Shown here: piece by piece, positions 40,700-51,931 of the stretch
Position numbering within the stretch: position 1 is the stretch's first letter
How the letters are laid out: the number at the start of each line of letters is the position of its first letter
NCBI GenBank assembly: GCA_963727805.1
Contig: CAVSHF010000003.1
Span: 96,001 to 160,000, forward strand
Source of the DNA: an uncultured Nitrospiraceae bacterium
Lineage (GTDB): Bacteria > Nitrospirota > Thermodesulfovibrionia > Thermodesulfovibrionales > Dissulfurispiraceae
Length of the DNA stretch: 64,000 nucleotides
Direction of reading: 5' to 3'
Translations under genes and position numbers: made by a program
Notes under the pieces: model-generated
What the model was told of the DNA's origin: nothing
Seen by the model: the letters and a program-made list of their open reading frames with translations, nothing else
The model's database searches: none

Positions 40700-41519
40700 A
40701 CAAAATCAATTGAAGAATCCTTCGATGCTTGCCAAACATTATAAGATATAAAAGGGAGAAAGATCGGCTAACTCACCGCCGAAGTAATGGCACCGGTAGG
40801 GCATTTTAGCTCACAAGTAAGACATAGAAGGCAACTACGTCCCCATCTTGGCAGTCCATTATTTCTCTCTCTAATATTGTGGGTGGGGCACAATTTACTA
40901 CAAAGTCCACAAGAATTACATTTTTTTTGCTTACATTAAATAACCGACTGTAAATTTGCTCAATCATCCACCGATTGGTCAAAAAACGCTCCAGACGGTA
41001 GATAAAAGGAGCAGGTTTATCAGTTGTAGGAGGATCGCCCTTCATGGCAGTAAGGTTATCGACTATTCTTTCCCCAAAAGTTACTGCCTCAGTTAGTTCT
41101 TTCTCCGTCGGATGTTTTGTAGAGAAAAGATATCCTCGTTGAAGATAGCCCAAAAAATAATTGGCGCCATAGCAACTAAGGTAGCCAAGTTCTTGTGCAC
41201 CCTTCTGAAGCATCGATCGCCGAATGCGGTCACCCGCGTCAAAAGAATATGTTCCATGCAGTAAAAAAACAAAAAACTTCTGACCATTCAAGCTGGGTAA
41301 GCTCTCGATGTAATCCCTTACTATAGAAGGAGGACGAAAATAATATACGGGCGACCCTATGCCCAATAAGTCATATTTCGTAACATCGATTGATGTGCGG
41401 TCCATCAAATTGATGAGATCAACCTGGCATTGTTTTGCTTCAAGACCGGCGGCAATTTGTTTAGCTACCAGGGCAGTTGTTCCTCCCTGCTAGAAATAGA
41501 CGATAGCGATGTTTGGCAT
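40700..41519 (-). pseudogene. EFR1-type flavodoxin-ferredoxin fusion, disrupted
   Basis: MPNIAIVYF*QGGTT (TAG at 41490-41492). A frameshift at the T8 run 40921-40928 hides CNSCGLCSKLCP...CLLCLTCELKCP. A second TAG lies at 40768-40770. Confidence 0.85.
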
Positions 41520-41761
41520 CTTAATTTTCCTTTCCTACGTCTTTGGCGTTTGATGGGCTAAAAAGAAGATGGGGTATTGATGCCCCACACTACTGTTCAA
41601 AGTCATTGTCTCGTGTTAATTCAAAAATCTCCTTCAGATGATTTAGACTTATTAGAACATCATACGACTTATATACATACAAGTATCACAGAACGAGTTG
41701 TCAGTCAAGCATAAACATGTGCGTCCAGTTTTCTCTGTCCGAAGATTTTGACTGTTCATTT

Positions 41762-43087
41762 TCACTTTGGAGTATGTGGTAACGACGGCTGTTCTGCAGC
41801 AGATTCCATTCCTTGGGCAACTTCTCTAATTATCCCCATTTTGACATATATCGGTCGCACCTTCTCCCTGATATTAGGGAGATGTCTGGCAAACATGACC
41901 GCTCCGACAAGACAGCATGCAGCGCCGAGCAGAAGTGTTTCGCGGGGGCCGATAATGCCCGCCATTGTCCCAGCTCCGAAACTACCAAACGGAGCCATCC
42001 CAATGAAAGCTACAGTGAAGAAACTCATGACACGACCTCTCTTGTCTTCTTCGAGTATAGTCTGGAGTATAGTATTGCAGGACGCGACCAACGTCATTAC
42101 CCCGAACCCGGCCACCACGAGGGATACCAGAGAGAGCGTGATGCTACTCGATACTGCAAAAACAGCTATCCCTACAGCGAACAAAACTGCGGCAAGAACA
42201 ATTAGCCTGCCAAGCCCGAGGACACTCTTGCGCGAGGCGAGGTAGAGGGTACCAGCAAAAGCACCGCATCCAGCCGCTGTCATGAGAAACCCGAAGGTAT
42301 GAGCACCACCGTGGAGAACTTCCTTTGCGAAGACGGGTACCAGAACCGCATATGGCATCCCCGTCAGGCTTACCAAGGCTATCAGTAACAGGATGCTCCT
42401 GATAGGGCCAAATCCGAAGGCGTAGTTGAAGCCTTCTCGAAGTTCATGAAAGACGTTCCGCCGCTGCTCCAAGTGCTGCGGGGTGGGCGCAAGACGCATG
42501 GCGATGAGCGCCACCAATACCGCCAGGTAGCTGGCGCTGTTCAAAATGAAACAAACGCCTTCACCGACCGAAGCGACTAACAGTCCGGCAATGGTAGGTC
42601 CGATAAGTCGGGCACCATTTACCATAGAAGAATTCAGGGCAATAGCGTTGCCGAGGTCTTCTTGGTGAGAGATCATCTCGACGACAAAGGACTGCCGTAT
42701 GGGGATATCAAAGGCATTGACGACGCCGAGAAAAAAGCTTAGCACGACAATATGCCAGACTTGGACAGTCCCAAAGAGGACATCGCCCGCCAGTAGCGCC
42801 GCTTGAAGCATGGCTAAGGCTTGGGTAGCAATCAGCAGGTGTCGTCGATTCCAACGGTCGGCAAGTACTCCAGAGACGGGAGCGAGCAGAAAAGTGGGGA
42901 TTTGACTGGTGAAGCCGACAACTCCCAGCAGGAAGGCAGAACCGGTTAAACGGTATACCAACCAACTCATGGCAACCTGCTGCATCCATGTGCCAACCAG
43001 AGAAACACTTTGCCCAGCAACAAAGAGCCGGTAGTTTCTGGAGCGCAACGCCCGCAGCAGGGTTTTTATCCCGTTAAGGTTTATCAT
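41762..43087 (-). CDS. MFS transporter (MFS_3/DHA3-like)
   Basis: 12-TM pattern, GVLADRWNRR, FDIPIRQSFV. Confidence 0.93.
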   Translation of the reverse strand: MINLNGIKTLLRALRSRNYRLFVAGQSVSLVGTWMQQVAMSWLVYRLTGSAFLLGVVGFTSQIPTFLLAPVSGVLADRWNRRHLLIATQALAMLQAALLAGDVLFGTVQVWHIVVLSFFLGVVNAFDIPIRQSFVVEMISHQEDLGNAIALNSSMVNGARLIGPTIAGLLVASVGEGVCFILNSASYLAVLVALIAMRLAPTPQHLEQRRNVFHELREGFNYAFGFGPIRSILLLIALVSLTGMPYAVLVPVFAKEVLHGGAHTFGFLMTAAGCGAFAGTLYLASRKSVLGLGRLIVLAAVLFAVGIAVFAVSSSITLSLVSLVVAGFGVMTLVASCNTILQTILEEDKRGRVMSFFTVAFIGMAPFGSFGAGTMAGIIGPRETLLLGAACCLVGAVMFARHLPNIREKVRPIYVKMGIIREVAQGMESAAEQPSLPHTPK

Positions 43088-43508
43088 AGAGGTCGATGCT
43101 ATTTATTTAATATTCTTTACGATTGATTTTTTAACCTATGGCAGACGGGTCGGCAACTTCTCTATTTTTGTCAAGTTAAGAATAACGGGCACGTCCACAA
43201 GTTCATAACTATAAATTCTGACGCATTCCCTGGTTTTATTTAGTCACTCTTATTCTTCCCGCTTAAAAATCTCTCTTTTATGACAATATATATCACTGGA
43301 AACTGTCCGTGGCTGCAGACCGCTTGAGCAATGCTTTTATATTTGTCGCTGTCCTCTATCAGGGCTGCCCCAATATTTGCAGTATGAACTCGAACGGCCA
43401 CCGTGCGCCCCGGCCACATAGCTAATAGCGCGAAATATCAAGACATCAGAATGCCGCCATCCCTTCAAACCTTCAGGTGCATCTCGGTGAATATTATTTG
43501 AATACTGG

Positions 43509-44447
43509 TTAAACGGCTTTATGCACTTCAACATACTGCGCTGCGGCCAGCGCAGCTATACAACCATCGGCGGCAGCAATTACTATTTGATTTGCAAATT
43601 TATGTCTCAGGTCACCGACTGCAAATATTCCAGGAACATTCGTTGCACATTTCTCATCAGTGATTACAAAGCCCCGCTCATCCGTTCTTACTGCGGGGGG
43701 GATCAATTTGTTGTTCGGAGTGTAACCGATAAAAATAAAGACCCCGTCCGTCTGCAATTCTCCCCTTTCTCCGGTCTCGGTATTTTTAAATAAGACAAAA
43801 TCGACTGTGTTCCCATTTCCCTTGATTTCCGTAAGAATGGTGTTCCATATTATTTCGATCCGGGGATCACTCATCAGTCGACTTTGAAGTATTTTACTTG
43901 CGCGCAGCGAATTTCCCCTGTGTACGAGGTACACTCTCCTTGTCAGTCTTGACAGATACAATGCCTCCTCGACGGCTGTGTCTCCACCGCCTACAACAAC
44001 AACAGTCTTATCTCTGAAAAAAAATCCGTCACAGGTGGCACAGTAGGAAACCCCAATCCCGAGGTATTCCGCTTCTCCAGGGATGCCGAGCTTTCGTACA
44101 GAACCGCCCGCTGCAAGAATCAGCGCTATAGTATTAATCAGCTCGCCATTGGCAAGCTGGATCGACTGAAGGTCCGATTCAACACTTACAGCGTCAACTT
44201 CTTGCTGGATAACACGCAGGTCATAGGACTGGGTATGATGAACAAGTTTCTCTGTAAGATCAAAGCCAGTTATGCCCTCCATTCCTGGGTAGTTATCAAC
44301 CTCCTTTGATATGGCGATTTGACCACCGATCAATCCTTTCTCGAAGAGGACCGTTTTCAATGCTGCTCTTTTGCAATAGAGCCCGGCTGTGAGCCCGGCA
44401 GGCCCTCCTCCCACAATAACTACGTCATAAATTTCTTTAATCGTCAT
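43509..44447 (-). CDS. trxB: Thioredoxin-disulfide reductase
   Basis: GGGPAGLTA, GVSYCATCDG, GGGDTAVEEA. Confidence 0.93.
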   Translation of the reverse strand: MTIKEIYDVVIVGGGPAGLTAGLYCKRAALKTVLFEKGLIGGQIAISKEVDNYPGMEGITGFDLTEKLVHHTQSYDLRVIQQEVDAVSVESDLQSIQLANGELINTIALILAAGGSVRKLGIPGEAEYLGIGVSYCATCDGFFFRDKTVVVVGGGDTAVEEALYLSRLTRRVYLVHRGNSLRASKILQSRLMSDPRIEIIWNTILTEIKGNGNTVDFVLFKNTETGERGELQTDGVFIFIGYTPNNKLIPPAVRTDERGFVITDEKCATNVPGIFAVGDLRHKFANQIVIAAADGCIAALAAAQYVEVHKAV

Positions 44448-44989
44448 GTTTGATGCCTCTTATTAAACTAGTATATCAAAGTCTTAATGGTCGGCCCAAA
44501 GAAAGACGTATCGACCAGCTGACTGTCAAATTGCTATCCAAGTCAGATGCAGTGCATTATTCCTGGTCGTCATAGCAGATGCACAGCATTATTACTGACG
44601 TCATAGCGGTCTCATGTAGTCCAGTACGCTCGATGATGCTACTGCTGTTGTGTATGTTCTCGTATCTTTTTTGGGGGAAGCTCACATTTGCTTATTAAAA
44701 TACCCTGTGCTTTCTACCACGGGAATTTCATGTTGTCGGGTGCAGGGCGTCAGAACGAAGCGAAGACCCTTACCGACCCACAGGGTTAATGCCCTGTAGT
44801 GTCGTGACTTTGGTTACTTGATGTATAAAAAGCAATGCAATAATTAGCGAGGACGAGTGTGTAATGTTTTTTGCCTGGATGTAACAGGCAGGACAATGCA
44901 GAACCCTAAGCCTATTGTCCCGGGAAAATTGTGAATAGATGATCCCTAGAGACACCCACACGAATTATCGGAAATTCACCGACCTCTTG

Positions 44990-45481
44990 TTACTCCCTGC
45001 CTTGCGGCTTCGGTCTCCATTGCGTTTTCGCTATCCATCCCTCAGTTGACGTTTCAATACGATCGAAACGTGCTACATATGGCTTGATATCCAACAGGGG
45101 GGTCTTGTCCAGCACATCGATCCCTTCGACCAACAGGGTATTGCTGTCTCTCTCTCTCAGCCTTACAATTGACATCCCGATACTGTTCGGCCTGCACGGA
45201 TGCCTCGAAGCGAAAACGCCATGCGGTTCATCGTCAAGGAATGTCGGCCGCACCAACTCAATCTCACCCGCTCTGTCGAGATGATATAGCAGATATATGT
45301 GAGAAAAGCCTTCGATGTCTTTCAAGCCCGCCGCGTACTCCGCAAATACCTCCACGCGGCCTAGTGCGTCCGGCGCGTAAAGAGATTGAATCGGACATTC
45401 GTCTTTGGACTTGTATGGAGTATAGATGATGCCGATTGGTTCTATTATCACAGAGTTAGCATTGCATTGCCCATGTGCCAT
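44990..45481 (-). CDS. tsaA: TrmO/TsaA-like SAM-binding protein
   Basis: GVFASRHPCRPNSIG, GIDVLDKTPLLDIKPY. Confidence 0.88.
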   Translation of the reverse strand: MAHGQCNANSVIIEPIGIIYTPYKSKDECPIQSLYAPDALGRVEVFAEYAAGLKDIEGFSHIYLLYHLDRAGEIELVRPTFLDDEPHGVFASRHPCRPNSIGMSIVRLRERDSNTLLVEGIDVLDKTPLLDIKPYVARFDRIETSTEGWIAKTQWRPKPQGRE

Positions 45482-45567
45482 GTAAAACGGCGATTATTAA
45501 GTCTCCGGGAACATTGACCCGAATCTGATCCATCGATCGTATCACTGATAGCACGATCTGCCTTTTC

Positions 45568-46323
45568 TTATTCTTGCTGCTTTATTCTTTTCGCTACTCT
45601 ATTCCATGATTTTGTAATAAGAAAGCTTTCATCCATATTATTAATCATACGGACGAACTTGTTTATGGGCATGGCTAAAGTCAGCATCTCTTTTGGCACA
45701 AAAGGTCTAGCTGACACATCAAACATTCCCAAGACAGCCCGAGGCCTAGCCGAGTCCTTTTCGAGGTAGGGATATTGCACAATTGTACCGCATCCCGCAG
45801 AAAACGGGCAAAAAACGCCGTTCGGGTCCACCTCATCGTAGTTGGCTAGAGTGAAGAGGCCTGAAAGAACATCCGGAGTTGCAAAAAAAATAGACGCTGC
45901 CGGATTATCTGATTCCTCAAGCAGGTCAAGCCTTTTGAAAACGATATACCTTGCTGGCGCCACAAACTTTGGCATTTTGCTCATCATATCTCTTACGAGT
46001 TGAGGAGTTTTCTTGTACCGCTCGCCTTCGAGTTTGCCCGGCAGACCACACGATAGGAAATATTCGAAATTAGGCATTATTTGATCGGTGAATCCCAGAT
46101 ATCTTTTGCCTCCAGCACAACCGATCGAACCGGCTTCAAAGCAAAGCGAAGTGCCTCTTCTTACTCTTGACAGCACTCCAATAATGCACTGGTGTGCAGA
46201 TGGAGGAGGAACCAGTTCTGCACCGCTTTCATAATCAGTGTAATAAAAGATAATTGGCAGTTCGGCGCCGGCAAAATATTTGTTCCATAACTCAACAAAC
46301 TTCGCTTTTAGCTTGGCATCCAT
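45568..46323 (-). CDS. DUF169 family protein
   Basis: CAGGKRYLGF, EGERYKKTP, PDVLSGLFTLAN, GMFDVSARP. Confidence 0.88.
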   Translation of the reverse strand: MDAKLKAKFVELWNKYFAGAELPIIFYYTDYESGAELVPPPSAHQCIIGVLSRVRRGTSLCFEAGSIGCAGGKRYLGFTDQIMPNFEYFLSCGLPGKLEGERYKKTPQLVRDMMSKMPKFVAPARYIVFKRLDLLEESDNPAASIFFATPDVLSGLFTLANYDEVDPNGVFCPFSAGCGTIVQYPYLEKDSARPRAVLGMFDVSARPFVPKEMLTLAMPINKFVRMINNMDESFLITKSWNRVAKRIKQQE

Positions 46324-46636
46324 CAGAGCTCCTCTATTCCGCACATATTATTACGCACCTGAAGGTCAGGAACCTCTTCTCCCAGAAATTGTGTTCAACA
46401 GCACCAGTGAAATTCTCGCTATTATAACAGGTCGTACGGTTCATAAGCAGAACGTAGTCAATCATTGTTACGATCGGACACGAATGGTCTTACTGAAATG
46501 TCACTGATGGTTAGCAGGGTCAACACCTCATTTTTCATCGATGCGGATCGCTTTGTGCTACAAGAATTCAGTCGACGAAGCGACCATAATAGATTTTTTC
46601 GGTGATCACTAAATTCTTGGTACTGGTAAAATCGAT

Positions 46637-46762
46637 GACTCTCAGGTGTTGTCATTTCGGCGACAGATTCGCACAGTAATTGATACGACGGAGGATAATT
46701 AGCGCTCTGTGAGATACAAGCGTTAATTGTTACAGAGGCAGAATAGTAAACTAATCGTAGTC
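46637..46762. repeat. 126-bp repeat, inverted relative to 57698-57823
   Basis: 121/126 identical by manual alignment. Confidence 0.92.
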
Positions 46763-46845
46763 GGCAAGAAACAAGATTTTATCCCGCAGATTCTCACTAA
46801 GCTTGAGCGTTAAAATTGGCGTCGATGCTTATTAATGTTAAAGAG

Positions 46846-47178
46846 TTAAGGGCATATTTCATTGTAAAGCAACTTGTCACCCCCCCCTGAGATGACCGAC
46901 CATTGAGACGCCTGAACACTCTGGTCTGTCAAGATACGCATCTTTTTTGACTTGCAGTCTATCTCGTAAAGATACTGCGCTCCGTTAGATTTAGCCATGA
47001 CTTTAACGGTATTTGAGGGTGTATGTTCTATGCTCCCAGTGTCATAGGAAAACTGATTGTGATAAGTATCTTCCTGAAGTGTTTTCCAAACGGCCTTATC
47101 GTCAGTGGTGCAGCCCGATGATAGTATAAGGCAGACAAGACAAAATATTGCTGCACCCAAAGGTTGACGTTGTCTCAT
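46846..47178 (-). CDS. Lipoprotein (surface-adhesin-E-like)
   Basis: Lipobox SSGC, YEIDC...IC. Confidence 0.7.
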   Translation of the reverse strand: MRQRQPLGAAIFCLVCLILSSGCTTDDKAVWKTLQEDTYHNQFSYDTGSIEHTPSNTVKVMAKSNGAQYLYEIDCKSKKMRILTDQSVQASQWSVISGGGDKLLYNEICP

Positions 47179-47715
47179 TTTCGATCCCTCCTTGATACAA
47201 TCACGTTAATGATCAGTAAAAATACCGACTGAGCTCTTACCCCATTGTCCCGCTGATTATGGGTTCGAGCGTGACAAGCATTTCCCGAAATACTCATTTT
47301 GGGCTATTTACCTTTTTAGCTGATTTACAGGTGTAAATTGCCAAGTTATACCAAATTATATAAGTGCAGATCACCAGAAAAAAGGTAACCCCTGCTACAA
47401 ACGAGTGCTAAGCCATGGTTATACGGCAACTAGCATATTTGACTAGATGGCTAAATGTTGGTTTTCAGGTAATTATCAGATGTTGTTTTTCGACTCCGCA
47501 GTAATTGACATTCTTGACGGTATAGTCAAAGACGCCAGGGAGGATATCAAAACGGGCCTTCTTAACCACCCTGTCCTGCAGAGGTAAAGCAGACTAGTGA
47601 TAGTACTGCACCTCTCCTCTAGCACAGTGAAGAGGGAATCTTAAGAACAGCAGTTTCGTTTTTATGCTGTAAGCGGTGAGGATACAGAGAGATCAGAATA
47701 CCGCTGTAACTCCTG

Positions 47716-47847
47716 ACTTTAAAGGAAGCTATAAACAATCTGATCGATAGAGCAATTAAGAGTTCAAAAAGCAACCAGACTATAGCGACATCGCTGCTTG
47801 GCATTACGCGCTAGGCGCACTACAAACAACTGGAAATAAAACATTAG
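47716..47847 (+). pseudogene. Fis-type HTH remnant of a sigma-54 activator
   Basis: TLKEAINNLIDRAIKSSKSNQTIATSLLGITR*AHYKQL. Confidence 0.55.
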
Positions 47848-47867
47848 CAATTGTTTTCGTTTACGAG

Positions 47868-49190
47868 TCAGTTGTCCAGTAGTATTATCTGTATATCCAT
47901 GACATTCGTACCGGTCGGTCCAGTGATAAGTAAATCACCTGTCCTACTGAAAAAAGTATACGAATCATTGTTCTGGAGATACTCCCATGCATCGAGACAG
48001 GCCGCTGCTGCTTTTGCGACAGTTTGACCATCCACAAACGCTCCTGCCGCGTCGGTCGCTCCATCGGTGCCGTCGGTGCCTGCGGAGAGAAAAGTAATAC
48101 CCGAAAGTCCTTTTATTTCTATTCCGAAAACAAGGGCAAGTTCCGTATTCCTTCCTCCCTTGCCGTTTCCTCTAACCGTAACAGTTGTTTCTCCCCCGGA
48201 GATAAGGCATGCCTTATCTCCGGAATTCAATGTTTTTTTAAAAGCAATCGCTTTTCTTGCAAGCTCCCGGCCAACGACTGACGCTTCACCTCTTAATTCG
48301 TTCGAAATGACCGTCGTTTTGTATTCCAATAACTCTGCGGCCTTTCTGGCTGCATCCGTTGCTATTTTGTTGCTTCCAATAACGATGTTTCTTACATTCT
48401 GAAAAACTGGATCGTCATGCTTCGGCGTTTCAGGTATAAGCCCACGTATACCTTTACCGATCACTTCCCCAACACTTGCCGGTAATCTATCTTCCAGCTT
48501 AAATTTCCGGATCACATTGTACGCATCATTATAAGTTGTTTTATCGGGCGCTGTGGGACCCGATGCAATCATATCCATTCTGTCTCCTATAACGTCAGAG
48601 AGTAGCAGTGATATAATTGCTGCCGGTTGGGCTGCTTCAGCTAGCCTGCCTCCTTTAACCGCAGAAATGTGCTTTCTCACTGTGTTAAGCTCATAAATAT
48701 CGGCCCCGGCCTTAAGAAGCAGGCTGGTGACATCCTGTTTATCAGCCAGGCTGATGCCTCTGTAAGGCGCGACGAGAAGAGCAGATCCTCCTCCTGATAT
48801 AAGACAAATCACGAGGGTATTTTTATCCGCCTCTTTGAGCACCCCCACAATTTTCTTTGCGGCTTTCAGTCCGTTTTCATCAGGCAGTGGGTGCCCAGCT
48901 TCATAGGTTATAATTTTGCTATTTCGGTCCCCCGACATAGAATGACCATATTTTGTCACTATTATTCCGCCGGCAAGCAAGTCTCCGAGATTGGCTTCGA
49001 TTGCTTTTGACATGAGCGAAGCCCCTTTGCCGAAACCTATGACGATAAGTTTCCTGAAATTACCGCTCTTGTATGCCGAGCTAATCGTATCGGTGTACGA
49101 AGCCACTGCTTTAAAAGGGTCCACTGCCAGAAGCGATTTACTGAAAATCTCTCTAATGATAAGCCTGGGGCTTTCGCCTGCCATTATCAT
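47868..49190 (-). CDS. MOFRL-family glycerate 2-kinase
   Basis: GFGKG, AGHPLPD, LISGGGSAL, VRKHISAVKGG, SDVIGD, GGETTV, GGRN, GTDGTDG, TGTNVMD. Confidence 0.93.
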   Translation of the reverse strand: MIMAGESPRLIIREIFSKSLLAVDPFKAVASYTDTISSAYKSGNFRKLIVIGFGKGASLMSKAIEANLGDLLAGGIIVTKYGHSMSGDRNSKIITYEAGHPLPDENGLKAAKKIVGVLKEADKNTLVICLISGGGSALLVAPYRGISLADKQDVTSLLLKAGADIYELNTVRKHISAVKGGRLAEAAQPAAIISLLLSDVIGDRMDMIASGPTAPDKTTYNDAYNVIRKFKLEDRLPASVGEVIGKGIRGLIPETPKHDDPVFQNVRNIVIGSNKIATDAARKAAELLEYKTTVISNELRGEASVVGRELARKAIAFKKTLNSGDKACLISGGETTVTVRGNGKGGRNTELALVFGIEIKGLSGITFLSAGTDGTDGATDAAGAFVDGQTVAKAAAACLDAWEYLQNNDSYTFFSRTGDLLITGPTGTNVMDIQIILLDN

Positions 49191-49201
49191 ACGTTCCGTC
49201 T

Positions 49202-50488
49202 TCAGAACCCGGGAACAAACAGCGGGATCACATAAGGCCCTTCAGGGATAACGGCCACACGGCGATCTCCCTGTATCTTCACGCTCTCGGTGACAGTGGC
49301 CAACGGTGATTCGATCACGGTGACTCCTGTAAGTATCTGCTGCTCTTTTGTCAATCCCTCGGCATAGAGAAAAATATTAGCCCTTTTCATGGCCTTGACC
49401 TGCATCTCCGTCTGCCATTCATCGATAGCCGCGTACTTTTTCTCAATGATTCCACGGAGAAACATTTCCGGTCCTTCGTCAGTAAGGCACACTTGCGCTT
49501 CAGCATACTCGGGCGACCCAATTCCCTCGGAACATGCAGAGACAATGATAAGGTCACCGCCCGTCTCAAGTATATCGAGGGCACCCACCATTCCCTTGAC
49601 TGTCTGGTAATAAGTCTTATCTAGCGGGTAACCCGCAGCACTGGTCACGACGGTCTTGAATCTTGTCTTAAGTCGGATCTCCGCATAGGGCCGCACGAAT
49701 GAGACCGCTTCAAGGTGGCTCTTTTCGATTTCGCCGAAGTTGACAAAGGATATCCGGCGGTCCTCATCGATGATGGTATTGACAGCCAGGCACCTTCCCA
49801 CCATTTGCACTATCTCTATCTGAGCAGCGTGTAGAGGGTTTCCTTCGATAATACAGTTTGTAGCCCTGCAATCCTCCAGAACCCGAGCACAGTGGAACTC
49901 ACGTATTGTCTTTTCATGTGCAATGCCCGGGGCGACAATTTTTCTTCCGCCGGAGTAACCTGCCATAAAATGGGGCTCCACAAGCCCGACGACAATACGG
50001 AGATCAGACTGGATAAATCGGCGATCCAGCCTGGCCTCTATGCCGCCCGATGTAGTCCCTATGTATTGATGATCATCATCCCGCCGCGCAAAATGGTTGG
50101 CGACGGTCACGGTGTCGAGTACCCAGTCGCTTCCGACCAGTTCACGAAGCTCATCCCCTTCATTAGGCCTGTGGAGACCCGTTGCAACAAGAACAGTGAT
50201 CGCATTAGGGGCCATTCCAGCATCGATAAGCTCTTTTATCAAGGGCGGGAGAATAAGGTCGTTCGGTACAGGCCGCGTAATATCGCAGATGAGGATGCAG
50301 CAACTGCGGCAGCCCTTCGCTTCTTCACAGAGCGTTTTGCCGTTCACCGGATTCGCAAACGCAGCCTTGATAGCTCCCTCAGAGTCTTTGAGGAAAGGCA
50401 TGGCTTTTTTTTGGATCAGCGTCACATCAATATCCTCCGGAAGGTCAAGAGACAGTCCGGTTTTACCATATTTCATATTAATATTCAT
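49202..50488 (-). CDS. LarA-family nickel-pincer-dependent hydroxyacid racemase/epimerase
   Basis: DITRP, ATGLHR, NH, EPHFMAGYSGGRK, YQTVKG. Confidence 0.92.
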   Translation of the reverse strand: MNINMKYGKTGLSLDLPEDIDVTLIQKKAMPFLKDSEGAIKAAFANPVNGKTLCEEAKGCRSCCILICDITRPVPNDLILPPLIKELIDAGMAPNAITVLVATGLHRPNEGDELRELVGSDWVLDTVTVANHFARRDDDHQYIGTTSGGIEARLDRRFIQSDLRIVVGLVEPHFMAGYSGGRKIVAPGIAHEKTIREFHCARVLEDCRATNCIIEGNPLHAAQIEIVQMVGRCLAVNTIIDEDRRISFVNFGEIEKSHLEAVSFVRPYAEIRLKTRFKTVVTSAAGYPLDKTYYQTVKGMVGALDILETGGDLIIVSACSEGIGSPEYAEAQVCLTDEGPEMFLRGIIEKKYAAIDEWQTEMQVKAMKRANIFLYAEGLTKEQQILTGVTVIESPLATVTESVKIQGDRRVAVIPEGPYVIPLFVPGF

Positions 50489-50502
50489 GTCCGATCCTCC
50501 AT

Positions 50503-51207
50503 TCACATACCGAGGTATGCCTGTCTAACGTGATCGCTCTTCAGCAATTCCTGCCCTTGCCCCTCCATGACTATGCGGCCTGTTTGAAGAACGTAGGCGC
50601 GGGCGGAAATCTCGAGGGCTTCATAGACATTCTGTTCGACAAGCAAAACAGTGACGCCCCGGGCATTGATCTCCTTGACAATCCCGAAGATCTCCGAGAC
50701 CAGTTTTGGGCCCAGTCCCAGTGATGGCTCATCCAGTATCAGCAGGGTAGGGTTGGACATCAGTCCCCGTGCAATGGCTAGTTCCTGCTGCTCTCCGCCG
50801 CTGAATGTATCGGCGCGCTGCCCCTTCCGCTCCTTCAATATAGGAAACAGATTGAAGACGCTTTGCAGATGCTTTTCGACATCAGCCTTGGACCGGACGG
50901 CATAGGCCCCTAACATGAGATTGTCCAGAACGGACAGCCGACCAAAGAGCTTCCTGCCCTCAGGGACCATGGAGATGCCCATTTTTACTATATCAAAAGG
51001 CTGGGTCGTATGAATCGGGGCATTCTTGAATAGAATTTCCCCTTGTCGCGGATGAATTAGACCCGCAATGGTCTTAACTACGGTGGATTTTCCGGCACCA
51101 TTGGAACCGATGAGGCTGACGATCTCTCCTTCGTTGATCCTGAAAGAAATGTCCTGAACAGCCAGAAGTCCTTTATAGCCCGCGGATATATTATTTAAGG
51201 AGAGCAC
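50503..51207 (-). CDS. LivF-like ABC ATPase
   Basis: GSNGAGKST, VPEGR, LDEPSLGL, LLVEQN. Confidence 0.93.
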   Translation of the reverse strand: MLSLNNISAGYKGLLAVQDISFRINEGEIVSLIGSNGAGKSTVVKTIAGLIHPRQGEILFKNAPIHTTQPFDIVKMGISMVPEGRKLFGRLSVLDNLMLGAYAVRSKADVEKHLQSVFNLFPILKERKGQRADTFSGGEQQELAIARGLMSNPTLLILDEPSLGLGPKLVSEIFGIVKEINARGVTVLLVEQNVYEALEISARAYVLQTGRIVMEGQGQELLKSDHVRQAYLGM

Positions 51208-51931
51208 AGTACTTTTCCCCTAGATAGGCTTGAATGACTTCTCGGTCCGAGCACACTTCTTTTGGCGTGCCTTCCATGATTTTTTTACCGCTGTTCAGGA
51301 CAACGACACGGTCGGATATCTGCATGACGGCCTCCATCACATGCTCAACTATGACCAGTGTAATTCCTAAGTTCCTGATTTTCCTGATGAGATCAATTAT
51401 CTCTCGCAACTCGACTTTAGTGAGTCCGGCCATGGATTCGTCCAGCATGAGCAAACGCGGCTGAGTGGCCAACGCCATAGAGACCTCCAGCCTCTTTTTA
51501 TCAGCAATGGTCAGCTCAGTCCCAAGGGAATCCCTTTTTTCATAGAGACCCGTGAAAGTCAGTATCTCGCCAGCCTTTTCCATGGCCGGGTTGATCCGTC
51601 GATAACGCAACAGCGCACCCGTCGTAACGTTTTCGAGGACCGTCATTTCGCTGATCACCTCTACAATCTGAAAAGTGCGTGCGATACCAAGGTTGCAGAC
51701 TTTGTCGGGCCGCATGCGCGTTATATCCTTGCCGTAGAAGGAGACGTTCCCGCTGTCCGGCTTGTAGAAGCCGGTAACGCAATTGAACAGGGTGGATTTC
51801 CCGGCCCCGTTGGGACCGATAACGCTGACGATTTCCCCTTCTTCAACAAAGAAGTGGATATCGTTGTTTGCCGCGAGACCGCCGAACCGCTTCGACAACC
51901 CGGCGACTTTCAAACAGATCGCTTTGTTCAT
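51191..51931 (-). CDS. LivG-like ABC ATPase
   Basis: FGGLAAN, GPNGAGKST, GIARTFQ, AYLG. Confidence 0.93.
   Translation of the reverse strand: MNKAICLKVAGLSKRFGGLAANNDIHFFVEEGEIVSVIGPNGAGKSTLFNCVTGFYKPDSGNVSFYGKDITRMRPDKVCNLGIARTFQIVEVISEMTVLENVTTGALLRYRRINPAMEKAGEILTFTGLYEKRDSLGTELTIADKKRLEVSMALATQPRLLMLDESMAGLTKVELREIIDLIRKIRNLGITLVIVEHVMEAVMQISDRVVVLNSGKKIMEGTPKEVCSDREVIQAYLGEKYCALLK

Noticed and set aside
40768..41492. Two in-frame TAG codons in the EFR1-like gene as pyrrolysine/amber recoding
   Set aside because: They fall where Ser (YFS) and probably Trp are expected, each one substitution from TAG. The gene also has a frameshift, so it is best read as a pseudogene.
46637..46670. Glycine riboswitch-like words (CTCTCAGG, CGCCGAA)
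   Set aside because: The two motifs are on opposite strands and no aptamer architecture is present.
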